Shown here in pieces: positions 1 through 14,039 of a stretch of DNA of 64,000 nt; position 1 is the stretch's first letter, and the number at the start of each line of letters is the position of its first letter. The notes beneath the pieces are model-generated. The model saw only the letters and a program-made list of their open reading frames with translations. It ran no database searches and was not told the DNA's origin. Made by a program: the position numbers and the translations under genes. Location of the stretch: the NCBI RefSeq assembly GCF_006345805.1, contig NC_043000.1, forward strand, positions 89,652,001-89,716,000. Direction: 5' to 3'. Origin of the DNA: Octopus sinensis (Eukaryota).

Positions 1-900
1 TTATTGTTCTCACTTTTGAGTATGCATAGAATATACTCATTTGTTTCTTTACTGTTCAATAGGTGTTGTCTGAATTATATAATGCAATATTCAAACACTA
101 TTTTGTCTGACCTTATGCCTCTACCGCCATCACTTTGTCTCACATAAATACCATCAGTTTCACTGGTAATATGGAAGTTGCCAATGGTGGTCAGTACCTA
201 TCTGGTTTTGACGTCCAGACTGTGTATCTCAGCGAATGCCCAGTCCAATATCCTGTGTTGGTACTAGCACTGGTACTGCAAAGGCATTGTGAGATATGAT
301 CTTGTTAAATGCAGACGGCTCTGAATTCCATATTTTCCTGCATTAGTCACAGCACCAATGTATGCAACATTCTCAATGATTCCAAGGTACTGGCACCTTT
401 CATCTTTAGAGATAGGGGAGATAGACAAGCCATTGATCTACATATTCTCTGCCTGGTCAACAATCTTTCCTCGGTTGACTATCATGTATGAGAATTTATC
501 TTACCCAAACTCCATTCCTATATCTCGTGAGCCACTAGTTATAACTGTCTTTGATGTTAGTCATATTACCAGAATAAAACTTTAGTCATCAACACAATGT
601 GTAACATTAATCTTTATTCTTTTCTCCGAATCTTAGCATGTACCCTTGGCATTTTGTTAACAAGTCTGACAAGAGATTCACTGCCAGTACAAACAGTACT
701 ACAGATAAACTATATGAATATGCTTCATGATTGCTTAATTCTAATTATAACAATAGTAGTTGTCAGAGATAACTGTGTGGATCATGTTGCAGTCAGTCTT
801 TCAAGGACATGCACTATAGCAGCTAGTATTTTGGCAAAGTGTAGTAATTCTATCACAAATGAGTGGGGCACAGAGTCGAACGACTTCTTGTAGTCCAACC
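1..900 (-). mobile_element. Decayed R4/Dong-type (RLE-clade) non-LTR retrotransposon, RT and thumb region
   Basis: Minus-strand translation with stops and frameshifts: VLAVNLLSDLLTKCQGY..THCVDD*, DIGMEFG, KIWNSEPSAFNKIISHNAFAVPVL, DGIYVRQSDGGRGI. These match recalled R4-clade RT motifs. Truncated by the window edge. Confidence 0.75.
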
Positions 901-1110
901 CTATCGTTAGGAGATTACGGCGTTAGCTATATTGGTACTTCTGCCGATCTCTGTACTGGCCAGCGGCTTAATAAAGCTTCCATGCTTGAACACAAGCCCT
1001 TTTTCAGCATCCTAGTTGCTTGCTTATGTTCATGAAGGATACATTTTGCTGATGAAGTCACGATCTTTGATCTAGAAACTGGGCTTTCCCATCGCGAATT
1101 AATGTGTAAC
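900..1110 (-). mobile_element. Decayed Tc1-like transposase N-terminal HTH fragment
   Basis: Frameshifted minus-strand reading MGK..SKIV(T)LHQQNVSFMNISKQLGC*KRACVQAWKLY..GQYRDR resembles the Tc1 paired-like DNA-binding domain. Confidence 0.45.
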
Positions 1111-1411
1111 AATGCTCGATTATTAAACAAAACAGTGCAGTACGACCAACCATATGACCACTCGTTTGGTTTATTAATTTGCATAATCTTCGTACGGTCT
1201 TAAACTTATGTTACCGACAATTTCTAATTATTTGAATTAATTGCACTTTAATTATTCGAATTGTAGAAAGCTATGTAACGCCTAAATCATTCGAAAGAGA
1301 AAAAAATCTACATAAACTGTAAAAAGTAAAATGATTTTATAGTTTTGTTAAACATATATTTATGAAAGATTAGAACTGTTATCATCGGTCTTAAAATTAT
1401 TTTGGCCAGTG

Positions 1412-1447
<36 letters not shown>

Positions 1448-1599
1448 AACCACCACATCCTTAAGTGAATTGATTATACTTATATAATTTGAATACTTGT
1501 TGGTTAGCATTTAAATCAAATTTATAAAACGAAAATTGATCAATGATATGCTTTGAGCGGCGGATATTTCAAATTTAAATTGTATGCATTATTTTACAG

Positions 1600-1728
1600 T
1601 TGATCCAGTCATACCATCTAAATGTGTTGACAAAATAAATTGCCAAAAGTTTGGTGTAGCAATTTGTACTGCGCCAGATCTGCAAGATTGGGTTCAGAAA
1701 AACTGTCCTATGTATTGTCATAGTTGCC
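1600..1728 (+). CDS. ShK/VWC mosaic protein, exon 1 in window (ShK domain 1), phase 1-1
   Basis: ttttacag|...|gtaagt, 129 nt. Encodes DPVIPSKCVDKINCQKFGVAICTAPDLQDWVQKNCPMYCHSC, the six-Cys ShKT pattern ending CxxxCxxC. Confidence 0.93.
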
Positions 1729-3554
1729 GTAAGTAATCCTTATCTTCCTCTCTCAACCCAAACTTTTGTTCGTACGATTTTTGGATGTGTGTTTATTTCT
1801 CCCATTTCGCCTTCTTTTTCCCCGTCACTGTCCACAGTATTTTGAGAGTCGCTAACATCTACCGCTAGATTTTTGTTTTCATTCTAAGGAACAAACTTTA
1901 GTGTATTGAGATATGTTTTTGTGTATGTTACTTGAATAATCGAAATTAATTTCATATATTTTTCTTAGTTCATTCTTTGTAATCTCATAAATTATACGGT
2001 ATAGTCAAGGCTATATGCCTTGACTATATGTCTGGTAGGTCAATCGATGAGAACTAACCAGAAACTTAGCAACAATGGTAATGCATCTTTGTCGTTTGAT
2101 ATTGAGGCTTCAGTTGTTTGAACTACTGAATTATTTGTTCCTGGATAAGTGTAAACGGTTGAGTATTCAACAGGCACCTGCACCCTTACTGTAACACTCA
2201 GTATATTCAGTGTAACACAGTATGCGACAAGGATGTATCTTTTTTTTAAGTTACAGGTACGATCCCCACAGTAGGGTCTATCCAGTTTTACTCACCAATA
2301 TGGATTGATGCGATACTATAGAAATTGACATTTGCCCAAGATGGTACGCTCTGAATTCGAGCCCGGAACTAAGTGATTACGAAGCAAGCGCAGTCTTACT
2401 CCCAAAATGTAGATTGGTCCAATACTATAGAAATTGGCATTTGCTTAAGCTTCCAGGATTTGAATTCGAATCCGGAACTTTGTCGTTGCGAAGCCAACTT
2501 TTTAACCATTTACCTTAATATAGTTACATTCAAAGCATTAACAAAATAATGGATACTTGCAATAAGATAAGAGTTATGTCTTATGCTAGCAAGTCGACTC
2601 ACAAATGCAACGTTTCCGGTTCGATCTAACTCTGTGGCAATTATACAACTGTGATCTGACATAATCTCGGATAGACCAGATGGAAACTGAATGACAATGA
2701 ATGGTTTCAATAAGAATTATGAAGAGCTAGTCTGTTAACCCGTTTTTTATACTTACTTCTACCCCAAATATATGTGATGACACGTGGCCTAGTGGCTAGA
2801 GTGTAGCAATCATGATCGCAAGATCGTAGGTTCGATTCCCGGACCGGAAGCCCGTTATGTTCTTGAGCAAGACACTTCAATTCACGTTACTCCAGTTTGC
2901 TCAGCTGTAGACGAGTAACTGCCTGCAACGAACTGGCCTCCCGTTCATGAAGAATTTTGAGAGCTCGTTCATTTATACGCCTTGGAAACCTATAAGTCCT
3001 AGACCTCGAGACAGTAATACCCTACGCTTAGGTGACTGTAGAGGAATCCATTCCGTTGAAGGAATTCGAACCAGGATTTCGGTATAAGATTAGCTGCCTC
3101 TCTAACGCCTCCTACTGCTATCAGTCTTGGACACCATGAAATACTACATGAGAACTACGTTTCTTTTGGGAGGTATGGATGTGTGGTTAATAAACTATTT
3201 TGCAACCACGTGGTTTTGGGTGCAGTCCTACTGCGCGGTATTTTGGGTATGTACCTTCTATTATAGCTCAGAGCCAACCGATGCTTCTTAACTGAATTTC
3301 ATAAAGCAGAAACAATATATATGTATAGAATTACGTTGCATATATATATATATATATATATATTATGGACTCGTCTGTCGTAAGTGTTCAGCATCTTCTT
3401 GCTGAACAACCTTCGTACATCAGATGTCGAAGTGATCCCAGAGTACGAAGAAATAAAGTATGCGCAAGAACACAAGACACCACCCGGTCCGGGGATCGAA
3501 ATCACGAACTTGCGATTGTCAATGCAACTCCCAAACCACGAGGCCTTTCGCTTT

Positions 3555-3598
<44 letters not shown>

Positions 3599-3599
<1 letters not shown>

Positions 3600-4487
3600 T
3601 GGGTCATCCCATAAATAATGCGTTTTTCCAATTGCACGAGGGGGACGGGATAAACTGTCTGTATCAACTTGTTGTAAAAGCAGGTAGTAATTTTACCTTG
3701 TAGTTATTCTTGGTGCAAATTTTGAGGAGAGCAGTACGATTTTAACAGCTATTTTTTCAAACAAAGCTCTAACGAATGTGACAAAGAAGTATATTCGGCA
3801 TATTTTGCTTTATGATTTCAATGAAAGCAATAACGCAACGGAAAGTGCGAGGAATATTAATGCAGTTTATGGGGATCGAATAGTAAGCGTAAGCCAGTGC
3901 CAGTGGTTCCAGAAATTCCGAGCCAGAGAGTACAGCCTAGAAGACGAACCCCGACCTGGAATATCTGTAGAGCTCGATGAGCCCGTCCTGCAAACCCTGG
4001 TGGAACAAAATCCCTTCGTAACTGTTGAGGAACTAGCAGAGAAGCTTGGATTTGGTCATTCAACCAGTCATTGAAGTCTGTCTTTAAGACTTCTGGTTTT
4101 AAGACAGAAGGAGTTCTTCCGTCAGGATAATGCTCGGCCACACAGCAAAGATTCCAAAGGCTGGAGCAGTTTAAATGGGAAACTATACACCACCCATCAT
4201 ATTCACCCAGCATTGCTCCGTCTGATTATCATTTATTCCGCAGTCTTCAAAATCATTTATACGAAAAAATATGCATTCTGTAGACGAGGTCAGAACAGTA
4301 ATGGAGGAGTATTTTTCGTCATGGACAAGTGAATTTTGGAAAACGGGCTTGGCAGGTCTATCAGATAGATGGAAGAGCATTGTAGAAAAGAAAGGAGATT
4401 ATATTTTAGATTAAAAATAATTTTGTTTATCATAATTTTGAAAAATAAAATAAGTATAAATAAAGGCCGCATTATATATAGGATGAC

Positions 4488-4491
<4 letters not shown>
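3599..4491 (+). mobile_element. Internally deleted mariner transposon with both TIRs
   Basis: TIRs TTGGGTCATCCCATAAATAATGCG / CGCATTATATATAGGATGACCCAA, TA-flanked. N-terminal HTH (IRHILLYDF..ARNINAVYG..WFQKFR..LEDEPRPG) and frameshifted QDNARPH / YSPSIAPSDYHLF motifs. Confidence 0.92.
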
Positions 4492-4568
<77 letters not shown>

Positions 4569-4960
4569 AACATGTGTGTTTGTGTTTTTTGCTTCCATCC
4601 CCACTATTTGCATCCCTATAGCTTGGCGGCTTCGGCATAAGAAAGCGAGAGAATAAGTACCAGACTTAAACATAAGTTTTGGGGTTGATTTCCTCGACTA
4701 AACACCTCAAGTTTACGCCCTGTCTTGGTCGCAGTCCCATACTGAGACAAGTAAAGGACAAAAGATTGTATAAACAGATCGGCTCGTTTTTTTTCTTTGA
4801 ATTTTAAAATTAGATCTATTAACATGATATATATATAAAGCAAAGTGATAAACGCTAGCGTTATATTTTGACTTGTTATTGCGCATAAAATAATATATTT
4901 GATTTTACGGTAAAAGTGGTTTCTAACACTAAATCTACATGTTCATTATATACGTACATG

Positions 4961-5033
<73 letters not shown>

Positions 5034-5253
5034 CATACATACATACATACATACGTACATACATACATACATACATACATACATACATACATACATACAT
5101 ACATACATACATACATACACACATACATACATTGACTGACAGAGATATACATATATGTATTATGTTTATATAAATATGTACACATATATAGGCATTTGTA
5201 TTTAAATATATACACACACACACTCGCTTCGACAAACATTCTCACACATACTC

Positions 5254-5289
<36 letters not shown>

Positions 5290-5779
5290 ACTATATATAT
5301 ATATATAGTTATATATACATATATATATAGTTATATATCTGTATAATTTTACATATGTGTATATGTATGTATAGATACATATATATCTATATAGTTTTAT
5401 ATATATATGTGTGTGTGTGTGTATGTGTATGTACGTTGTGTGTGTATGTATGTATATTTATATATATATTGATACGCATATCTATAAAAACATACACATA
5501 CATAATTAAACTTTTGGAAATTGAAGTTAGAATACTTTATTTAATTTCATTTAAATCCTAGTTTCTATTTTTTCTACGTCGTAAGCTTGTTGTTTGGTTT
5601 AGTAATTTATATTCTTTTCGTATATATTCTTTTAGCGTCTGTTAGATTTCTATGATTTTAATATAATTTCATCCTTATCTAATCTTTTCTGTTAACAAAT
5701 AAAAATACAAGAGATTAATTCTTGTTTGGAATCAAATATTTCATACAAATCTAATTCTGACATATCTCAATTATTTCAG

Positions 5780-5803
5780 CAACTCCTTCAGTTCCACAGA
5801 ATG
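5780..5803 (+). CDS. Exon 2, 24-nt linker micro-exon (PTPSVPQNG), phase 1-1
   Basis: ttatttcag|CAACTCCTTCAGTTCCACAGAATG|gtgagt. In frame with exons 1 and 3; Pro/Thr/Ser linker. Confidence 0.7.
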
Positions 5804-6776
5804 GTGAGTATCCTGCTTTCTTTGGAATTGAATTTTCTTCCTTATTTTTTTTCTTTTTTCTTTTTGGCTTTGGTTTTTAAAAGAATGGTCTGGATTTGAA
5901 TATGTTAAAGAAGCAGATTAGAATAACATATGACAGCGAAATATTTCTAAAAATGATAAAATACATGTTTACCAACATCTAAAGAAATGAAAGCTAAAGA
6001 AATTAAGTTTGAATTAAACCGGTGGTCATGTATTTATTAAACAGTTAGAGCTGATCTTCTGCATGAAAGTAAATGCTTAGGATCAAACGCTATAGCAAGT
6101 ACTAAAATGTGTTATCAGTCAAAATACATAACTTACTTTCTGATTTTATGTAGTATTGATGTATAAACATCAAAAATTATATTCACAATAATTAAGAGCG
6201 CAATTAATTACACGTTAAATTCTATTACTTTATTAAAATGCTATAGAATCTGGTAGCGCAAATGTATATGTATATACAGAATTGGCAGATAAAGTTCGTT
6301 GTGAGCAACATATTTAAAATAAAGGGCTGAAAAGCATAAATTTCAAATATGATAATTTAATTGTACTCAACAGCTGTTTCAATGGCTTCATTATTTATAT
6401 AATTACGTAATTAAAACACATTAATAGCTCATTTGAAAGTGGTATGCTATTCATATTGTCGGAGATAGAAAAAAATGGATCATATCACTTTTAAATAAAT
6501 TAATTAACTATGTATTTTAATTATGCAGTTGTATAAATAATGCTAAAAGGGAGTAACATTTCCTTTCGCGCTTGAATGTTTGTGTTCAAAAGACGCCTGT
6601 AGAACTAGACTTTTAAAAGTTCAAGTAAAGATGAATCTTCATAAAACCATCTCGTCCATAGTCTATTCACAAAACCAGCTTGTCCATATGCTATTCCGTT
6701 ATAGATAGAGTCTACAAATTGATTTCATATTATGCCACTCTCTTCTAACTGTTTTATTTCCTAATAAAATTTGCAG

Positions 6777-6891
6777 GAGCTTGCCTGGTTGGTTCAAAAG
6801 TATATAAACCCGGAGAAACGTGGCAGGAATCTTGCTCAATGACATGCGTCTGTGAAGATGGCTTGAGAGGAATTGCCAGATGTTATGACAA
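6777..6891 (+). CDS. Exon 3, VWC-like repeat 1 N-half, phase 1-2
   Basis: ttgcag|...|gtaag, 115 nt. GACLVGSKVYKPGETWQESCSMTCVCEDGLRGIARCYDK. Confidence 0.92.
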
Positions 6892-6964
6892 GTAAGATTA
6901 TTTTCTTTTCCATATATATTATATACGCTGCAGATAACAACAATAATTAGTGATATATCTCTAT

Positions 6965-7320
6965 TCCTTCAAGTGCCATATCTACAGGCATTATTGATCA
7001 TAGACATCGATGTCCTCCTGTCTCCTCACACGATATTGGGTCGGATCTTTTGAAACCATCTTGTAAGGCTATCGGCAATCTTCATTCTCTGTCTTCCCCG
7101 ATTTCTTCTTCCTTTAAGTTTCCTGGTTGTCATCCTGTTCAAGGCTTTTTCCTTTTATATGGCGTCCCAGAAACTCATGGAATGCAGGGTCGTTAGAATC
7201 CTTGCTCCTTCACATAAATATTCTGCAACTGAAACTTGTTTCGGTCATATCATACAAAATTGCTTCTTCGTCAACCAACTGATCTCACGAGCAAGGGACC
7301 ACCCGGAATTTAAGTCTTCG
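6965..7320 (-). mobile_element. RTE-clade LINE 3' end fragment
   Basis: Minus-strand remnant ..MTTRKLKGRRNRGRQRMKIADSLTRW..DR..MINNACRYGT*, a typical RTE ORF C-terminus. Confidence 0.6.
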
Positions 7321-7609
7321 ATATTAAATATTCATTCTTTGATTTGAATTATTGGCATCTCAAATAAAATAAACACCAGTTATTCAAAAAGGGTAACAAA
7401 ATATCGGCTAGCCAGTATTTTGCTACAATGTAAGTGAAGTTTCTAAACATTTCAAAACACTCTTAATAATTTCACGAACAATGAACCTGCCCAGCACGGC
7501 ACGCGACAATGTAAACGACTTTTCGTATTATATCCATAATAACCTTATAGTTTATTTATACAGTTTCTTCTCAATATGTTACTGGTATAATATCTTTAGT
7601 TATTTATCT

Positions 7610-7950
7610 TTCATCTATTACTTGTTCCAGTCATTGTACTGTGGCCATGCTGGGATACCGCTTTCAAGAGTTTTCGTCAGACAAATCGATCCCAGTATTT
7701 ATTATATTCAAGTCTTGAACTTATTCTACCGGTCTTTTTGCTGAACCGCTAATGTTACCTGGATATAAATAAATCAACAGCTGTTATCAAGAGATGGGAG
7801 GATGACAACGCGCGCGCACACACACACACACACACACTCACATACATACATATACACGACGGGCTTCCACTCAAAACGCATTGGTTGAGCAGGGTCTATA
7901 TTAGAAGACACTTGCCTGAGATTATGTCCAATGAGACTAAACACGCAACC
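7610..7950 (-). mobile_element. tRNA-derived SINE family A (octopus-type), diverged copy
   Basis: Reverse complement of the 40034-40469 family (tacttgttccagtcattg..ggccatgctgg..ctgaaccgctaa..atacacgacgggcttcc). Confidence 0.7.
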
Positions 7951-8118
7951 ACGTGAACCACTCAACTATATTTACATCTTTGACAATTCTTCGTGTATTT
8001 AAATGTATGATTGCTAAAAAAAAGTAAAAAATGTGATTGGTGGAGATTTATTTTCACTTATTTCGAGAGAAGAAAAATTTCTAGATTATATATTATCCGT
8101 TTTTATCTTTTATTACAG

Positions 8119-8258
8119 GTGTGCCCAATTTGCCAATTTGCCTCCTAACTGTCAAAAAGTGAATTTAGCAGGGGAATGTTGTCCTAAAATACAATGCGAT
8201 CAAGGGACAATTATTGATTCTGGTGGTTCGTCTAACAAGTCAACCGGTCACTCAATCC
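8119..8258 (+). CDS. Exon 4, VWC-like repeat 1 C-half plus linker, phase 2-1
   Basis: tattacag|...|gtatgt, 140 nt. CAQFANLPPNCQKVNLAGECCPKIQCDQGTIIDSGGSSNKSTGHSI. Confidence 0.92.
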
Positions 8259-8780
8259 GTATGTATTTTAAAATCTATTTACTGTTCATTTCTCAGAAAA
8301 TTTAAAAGTATTTGATTATACAAAAAGTGTAAAACCGAGACAAAACTTGTTCAATGGCGTACATCTGTGAAGATGGTTTAAGATGCCAGACAAATAATCC
8401 TTTCTATTATTGGCTCAAGGCCTGAAATTTGAGGGAAGGTGGTTAGTCTATTTATTACATCAACCCTAGTCTTTGATTGGTGCCTACATCGACCTCAGCG
8501 GCATTTGAACTGTGTACGTAAAACCGGAAGAAATACCGCTACGCATTTTGTCCGGGGCGATAACGATACTTCTCGCTCACAGCCATTACGCTTTCAAATA
8601 TTGACATAACGACTATAATTTGGAGTGGGAGCAAGTCGATTACATCGAGGCTAGTGCTCAACCGGTAGATATTTTATTTCATCGAAAGGATGAAACGCAA
8701 GGTTGACCTCGGTGAAATTTGAACTCAGAAGACCACACAAATAATAAGATTTAATCCGTCTGGTAACTTCCATTTAATCT

Positions 8781-9168
8781 CTATATATATAAAGCTGAAG
8801 TTGTCAGTGTATGGCAGGTTTCGTAGCCGTCAACTAACTATCTCCTCCAAGACCCTGCGGCGCAAGTTGACCAAAATTGAGAGTATGATAGAAGAAGGCT
8901 TGGTCTTCCTTCCGTAGAAGAAAAAATTCAAATCGGACCATGTTAAAACCAAAAATTATTTACATCAAAAAGGTGCATTTTTTCTATGAAAATCCCTATT
9001 TTTTACGATTTTTTGACTGCTGTGTCGCCATTTTTTGGTATATTTCAACCAGAAAAATGTTCACTTAAAGAGAATAATAAGCTACATAATGCAAAATTTT
9101 TACTTTTCAAAAATTCCAATTCTAAAGGGTCGAAACAAACCCGAGCAACGCCGGGCGATGCTGCTAGT
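8781..9168 (-). mobile_element. Non-autonomous Helitron-like element, copy 1
   Basis: About 390 nt, reverse complement of 56219-56612. Begins ACTAGCAG..GCCCGGCGTTGCTCGGG and ends CAGCTTTATATATATAG; no TIR or TSD. Family assignment from the terminal pattern only. Confidence 0.55.
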
Positions 9169-9721
9169 ATCATTTAAAATGATAGATGAAGTTTGTTTAT
9201 TCATCTATCGTAAATAAGAAATATGCATTAACGAATTGTCTTCCTATACTGAGATTAACGGTAGTTATGGAGTTTATGGTATCTCCAAGAGCATTAGTAG
9301 AATAAGTGACATAAATTGAAAAATCAGACAGACTTGTTTGGTTGAGAAATTACTACCATAACACTCACCTATTTCAATTAAAGATAATGTATTTTCTTTT
9401 TATAGTTTAGGATCACTTTATATTAATAACATTACTACTCCACATCTGTTGTTACACTAATTCATTAAGATTTTTTTAAGTTTTTTTTTTTTTTGCTTGT
9501 TTGTTTTATAAATTGATAAGTTTAGCATCTAAATGTAATATCTAGACACATCACTGCTATTCGGAACTCAATGGAAACTGCAATCTGAATCTATCTGGAT
9601 TCTAATGGTTCTCAACGTGTTTCTCTGTCTAATTTTACTGTCGTTTATCGAAACAGTGATGTATTTTCCATTACAAAATTACCCGGATTGAATACAACAG
9701 TAAAGCATTTTATCAATTTGG

Positions 9722-9950
9722 AGGCGCATGGCTTATTGGTTAGGATGTTGGACTTATGATGCGTAAGATTGTGATTTCGATTCCTGGACCGGTTCACGCG
9801 TTGTGTTTTTAAGCAGAACACGTCATTTCTCATTTCTCTAGTCCACTTAGCTGGCAAAAATGAGTAATCCAGCGATGGACTGGCGTCCCGTCCAGGTGAG
9901 GAATATATACGCCATGAAACCGGGAAACCGGCCCTTGTTGGTCAATTTGA
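9722..9950 (+). mobile_element. tRNA-derived SINE family C
   Basis: A-box/B-box-like head (ggcttattggttagg..gtttcgattcctggaccgg) shared with 2780-2990, 26768-26990, 42639-42905 and the minus copy near 57020-57250. Confidence 0.6.
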
Positions 9951-10370
9951 CTGGCTGAGATAAATTTATCTTTATCTGTACTTTATTAATGATTGGTATA
10001 TTAACCACGTCGCGGATATGTTGACCGGTCTCTCGTTACGTCACGTGGCTCCTCCTTTCTTTCACACTCTCTCCCTCTCACTCTCACTCTTTATTTCCCT
10101 CTCTCCCAGTCTTCAACCTCTTGCAAGTCTATAGGCTCTTCCTGGTGCATAACCTCTCCCAGAGGCATTAGCCTGATACAGAGCTGCTATCTTGTAACAT
10201 TGTAAAGAACACACTAATCGAAAAGAGGATTCCCTTATAATGAGATTAACTTCCAGCTTTAATATATAGTGTTTTGTATACACCAGTTGTGTTCATTTCA
10301 TTCTCTTTTTAAAACAATAAACTATAGAGTGGCGCAGCCGTTTCTGTTATATTTTCTTTTCTATTTTCAG

Positions 10371-10485
10371 AGGGTTGCATGTACAAAGGACGTTATTATC
10401 CCAAAGACCAAGTGTGGATTGATGGATGTGATTACTCATGCAAATGTACTGACGCCACTCAAGGAATATACGAATGCACCGAAAG
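10371..10485 (+). CDS. Exon 5, VWC-like repeat 2 N-half, phase 1-2
   Basis: ctattttcag|...|gtaat, 115 nt. QGCMYKGRYYPKDQVWIDGCDYSCKCTDATQGIYECTER. Confidence 0.93.
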
Positions 10486-11399
10486 GTAATAAATAGTGGT
10501 GTTACTCAAGGATCATGAGCTCAAATACACTTATCATTTCCTTGTGTTCAAGTCAAACAGTTAATCGTTCTAAAAACAAAAGTGATTTAGATATCTTTTG
10601 CTTTTCTCTTTTACTTGTTTCAGTCATTTGACTGCGGTCATGCTGGAGCACTGCCTTGACGAGATTGTTTAATTGAACAAATCGAGCCCAGGAATTATGT
10701 TTTCTATCCTGGTTCTTATTCTATCGATTTTTTTTGCCGAACCGCTAAGTTACGGAGGCATAAACACGCGAAAACCGGTTGTCAAGCAGCGTGTTTGTCA
10801 TGAGAACAAAGACAAACACAAAAACACACATACACACACACATGACGGGCTTCTTTCAGTTTCCATCTACCAAATCCACTCAAAAAGCATTAGAGAAAGT
10901 TAATGTTGGTGCCTGTAGAATGATCTGTCCCAAAAAACTAAGATTCCAACACATCCTATAGCAGAAACAGCTGGGGTTATCTTTTCCTGTGCCATCTCCT
11001 TTTTCCTATAACCACTCTAAACTCATCTAACATTGTGTTCTAGACTATATGTATATTGAGTGGTACACGAGGTTATTAGTCTTGCTACGCCTAAGCGAAA
11101 TATATATATGCTAGCCTATCACTTGGGATATCCCAGAAACAGTTGTGAGACTTCAAATTCACCTTACCCTAATTAGATATCCTAAATGATTTGAGATACT
11201 CATCCTGTCTTGGTTTTTATTGTCCTTTTTCCTCTAATATAATATATACCTGCTAATTCAGAAACCTAACGCGGATCCCTAGCTCCAGCCTCAGCTGTGA
11301 ACTTGGAATATAACGCATGACCAATTATAGCACTTACTCAACGTACCTTGTCGGTTAGAAACCCCTCATATTCTTCTATCTCTCTCTCTCTCTCTCTCT

Positions 11400-11466
<67 letters not shown>

Positions 11467-11530
11467 TGTATTTATGTATGTATGTATGTTTTTATCCGTA
11501 TATATATAAGTATGTCTATATTGAACGCAG

Positions 11531-11688
11531 ATGCCCGACCTTCGTAAACTTACCATCAGATTGCCAAATGGTAGATGTTCCCGGAGACACCTGTTGTCAA
11601 ATGCCAGTCTGCAATACCACTCATATCCTTATTCCAAAGTATGGCAAGAAACATATTGGAGGTGGTAAAGTCACTACTCCAGCAAAAG
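11531..11688 (+). CDS. Exon 6, VWC-like repeat 2 C-half plus linker, phase 2-1
   Basis: acgcag|...|gttag, 158 nt. CPTFVNLPSDCQMVDVPGDTCCQMPVCNTTHILIPKYGKKHIGGGKVTTPAK. Confidence 0.92.
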
Positions 11689-11994
11689 GTTAGCGAAAAA
11701 GAAACGTTTTTTTTCTTCTCGTTTATATATATATATATATGCATATCTATTATCTTTTACTTGTTTCAGTCATCAGACTGCGGCCATGCTGGGGCACCGC
11801 CTTGAAGAATTTTTAGTCGAATGAATCGAAACCAGCACCTATTTTTAAGCCTGGTACTTATTCTATCGTACACTTATGCCAATCCGAAGACGTAAACACA
11901 CCAATAATGGTTCTCAAGCGATAGATGAACAAGCACAGACACAGATACACACACACTCACACACACACACACACACGCACACACATATATATAT

Positions 11995-12180
11995 ATAAGA
12001 TAAAAATTCCTGGATCACTACCAAAATTTCATCTGTTCCTTGTGCTATTACCAATTTTTCCTGCTAGTTTCATCAAATACCGTTCACAAATTTTTGAGTT
12101 ATTTTGCACACAGACAGACAGACAGACGGACAAACCAACGCCGATGAAAACATAACTTCCTTCCTTGGCGGAAGTAATAA
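11995..12180 (+). mobile_element. Helentron/HINE-like non-autonomous element end
   Basis: (CAGA)n core followed by AAAACATAACTTCCTTCCTTGGCGGAAGTAAT, a subterminal hairpin end resembling recalled HINE-type repeats. Confidence 0.4.
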
Positions 12181-13044
12181 CTAACGATAGACATATCAAA
12201 TATAGTCATATTTCTTTTATTCTTTTTGACAAGAAAAACAACTCTTTTATAAAGTTTACATATAATTGATGTTAACCTAAGAATAGTAGCATGTGATATT
12301 TCACACCTTTAAATGAATTCAAGGATAATATCGTGCAATACCTAAACAGTCTAACATATAGGTGTTAATTCAATTGTTGAAGACGCTAACAAAAGCAAAC
12401 GACAAAAGTAGTGGCGATAGTAAATGGTGATAAGAAAGGACAGTATTGTAATTGCAGTTGACTTATTGATTACAGGAGAGCGGTAGAGGATAAAATAATA
12501 TAAAGGTTTATATCGAGAAGAATCAACAACACGAACGCGATTAACGAGTAACTCTGGATTGGCGTGTTTTCTGCTATTTAAAATTTAATGGATATATTTC
12601 TGCTAACGATAGGATTGGATATATACGATCTCACATACATGAAACCTTGTGACATGAAAGAGATATAATCTTACTCGTGAAGACTGAATTCAAATCTGAT
12701 TGCAACAATCTACATATAGTATTAAATTCAGTTGAATATTTATCTCTGCATATTAACCGTCCAAAACTAATAGTAGTTATTTTCATACAAAATTATAACA
12801 TTTGATTTTCAGTACTTCCCTGTATATATTTTCAATGTATAAACTTCCCTTTTCCAAACTGCTTTCGGCCGTTTACGGTCTCTATCAGTATTTATGTATA
12901 CAATTATATACGTTGACTCCAGCATCTGAGCACTTTAACTCTTATTTCTAGCATTGTAGTTGTTCTGACACTCTTTGTCATATTTAATGACAATTGTGGT
13001 TTTCCTTTTTTGGTGATACATTGCTAAACAGCTGCATAATTAAA

Positions 13045-13266
13045 TTGTGTGAGCGTGTGTGTGTGTGTGAGCGTGTGTGTGTGTGTGCGTGTGTGTGTTC
13101 GCGTGTGTGTGTGTGTGTGTGTGTGTGCGGTGTGTGTGTGTGTGTGTGCGCGTGTGTGTGTGTGTGTGTGTGTACGTGTGTGTGTGTGTGCGTGTGTGTG
13201 TGTGTGCGTGTGTGTGTGTGTGTGTGCGTGTATGTGTGTGTGTGCGCGTGTGTGTGTGTGTGCGTG

Positions 13267-13307
<41 letters not shown>

Positions 13308-13328
13308 TGTGTGTGTGTGTGTGTGTGC
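13045..13328. repeat. (GT)n microsatellite with CG/GC interruptions
   Basis: Direct observation. Confidence 0.95.
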
Positions 13329-13956
13329 AAGCCTGTAGTCATTTTATTGAAGCTAAAACTGTGAGTTAGTTCCGTGACTCGAGTTTTACGTCATTGCCAT
13401 CTTCAGATGTGAAACTCTCGGTTTCAGTTTTAAAAATTCATATCCTCTGCAACGTTTTGAGCATTCCTCTTTTATTCGGCCACATAAGCTAATATATTAT
13501 TATTATTATTATTATTATATGATGAATAAATAAAAACAAAACAAAACTCAAGAAGGGCAAGTTTTCACAAAGGTGTCATTAATATCAGATTTGAAAATAA
13601 AAAACGAAAAGGGTTTGACGTTTCGGACATAGTACTTTTAATCCAAAAACGAAAAGGAAGGAAGATACAAAAGGAAGTTAGGAGGCATAGGGAAAACGAG
13701 AAAGATAAAATCGGAGGAGGGAAAATGAGAGGGAGGAAGGAAAGAGAACAGAGAAAGATGACCACCAGAGCTCGGGTTCAAGTACAGAGCAGTCACGAAA
13801 TTGCATTTGACCTTCTGGCCAATAACTGATGAGGATTTGGTGACCTGTGTTTGTTTTCCGTATGTTTGTGCATCTATGGCGTTTTTTAACTGATTATTAT
13901 TATTATGTATATCTATATATGCAAGTATGTACGGATATGTACATAAGTATGGATGG

Positions 13957-13987
<31 letters not shown>

Positions 13988-14001
13988 TGTATGTATGTAT
14001 G

Positions 14002-14039
<38 letters not shown>

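Noticed and set aside
1049-1085. Hammerhead-like CTGATGA...GAAAC
   Set aside because: Stem II is irregular and there is no paired UH triplet. It lies antisense within a Tc1 remnant.
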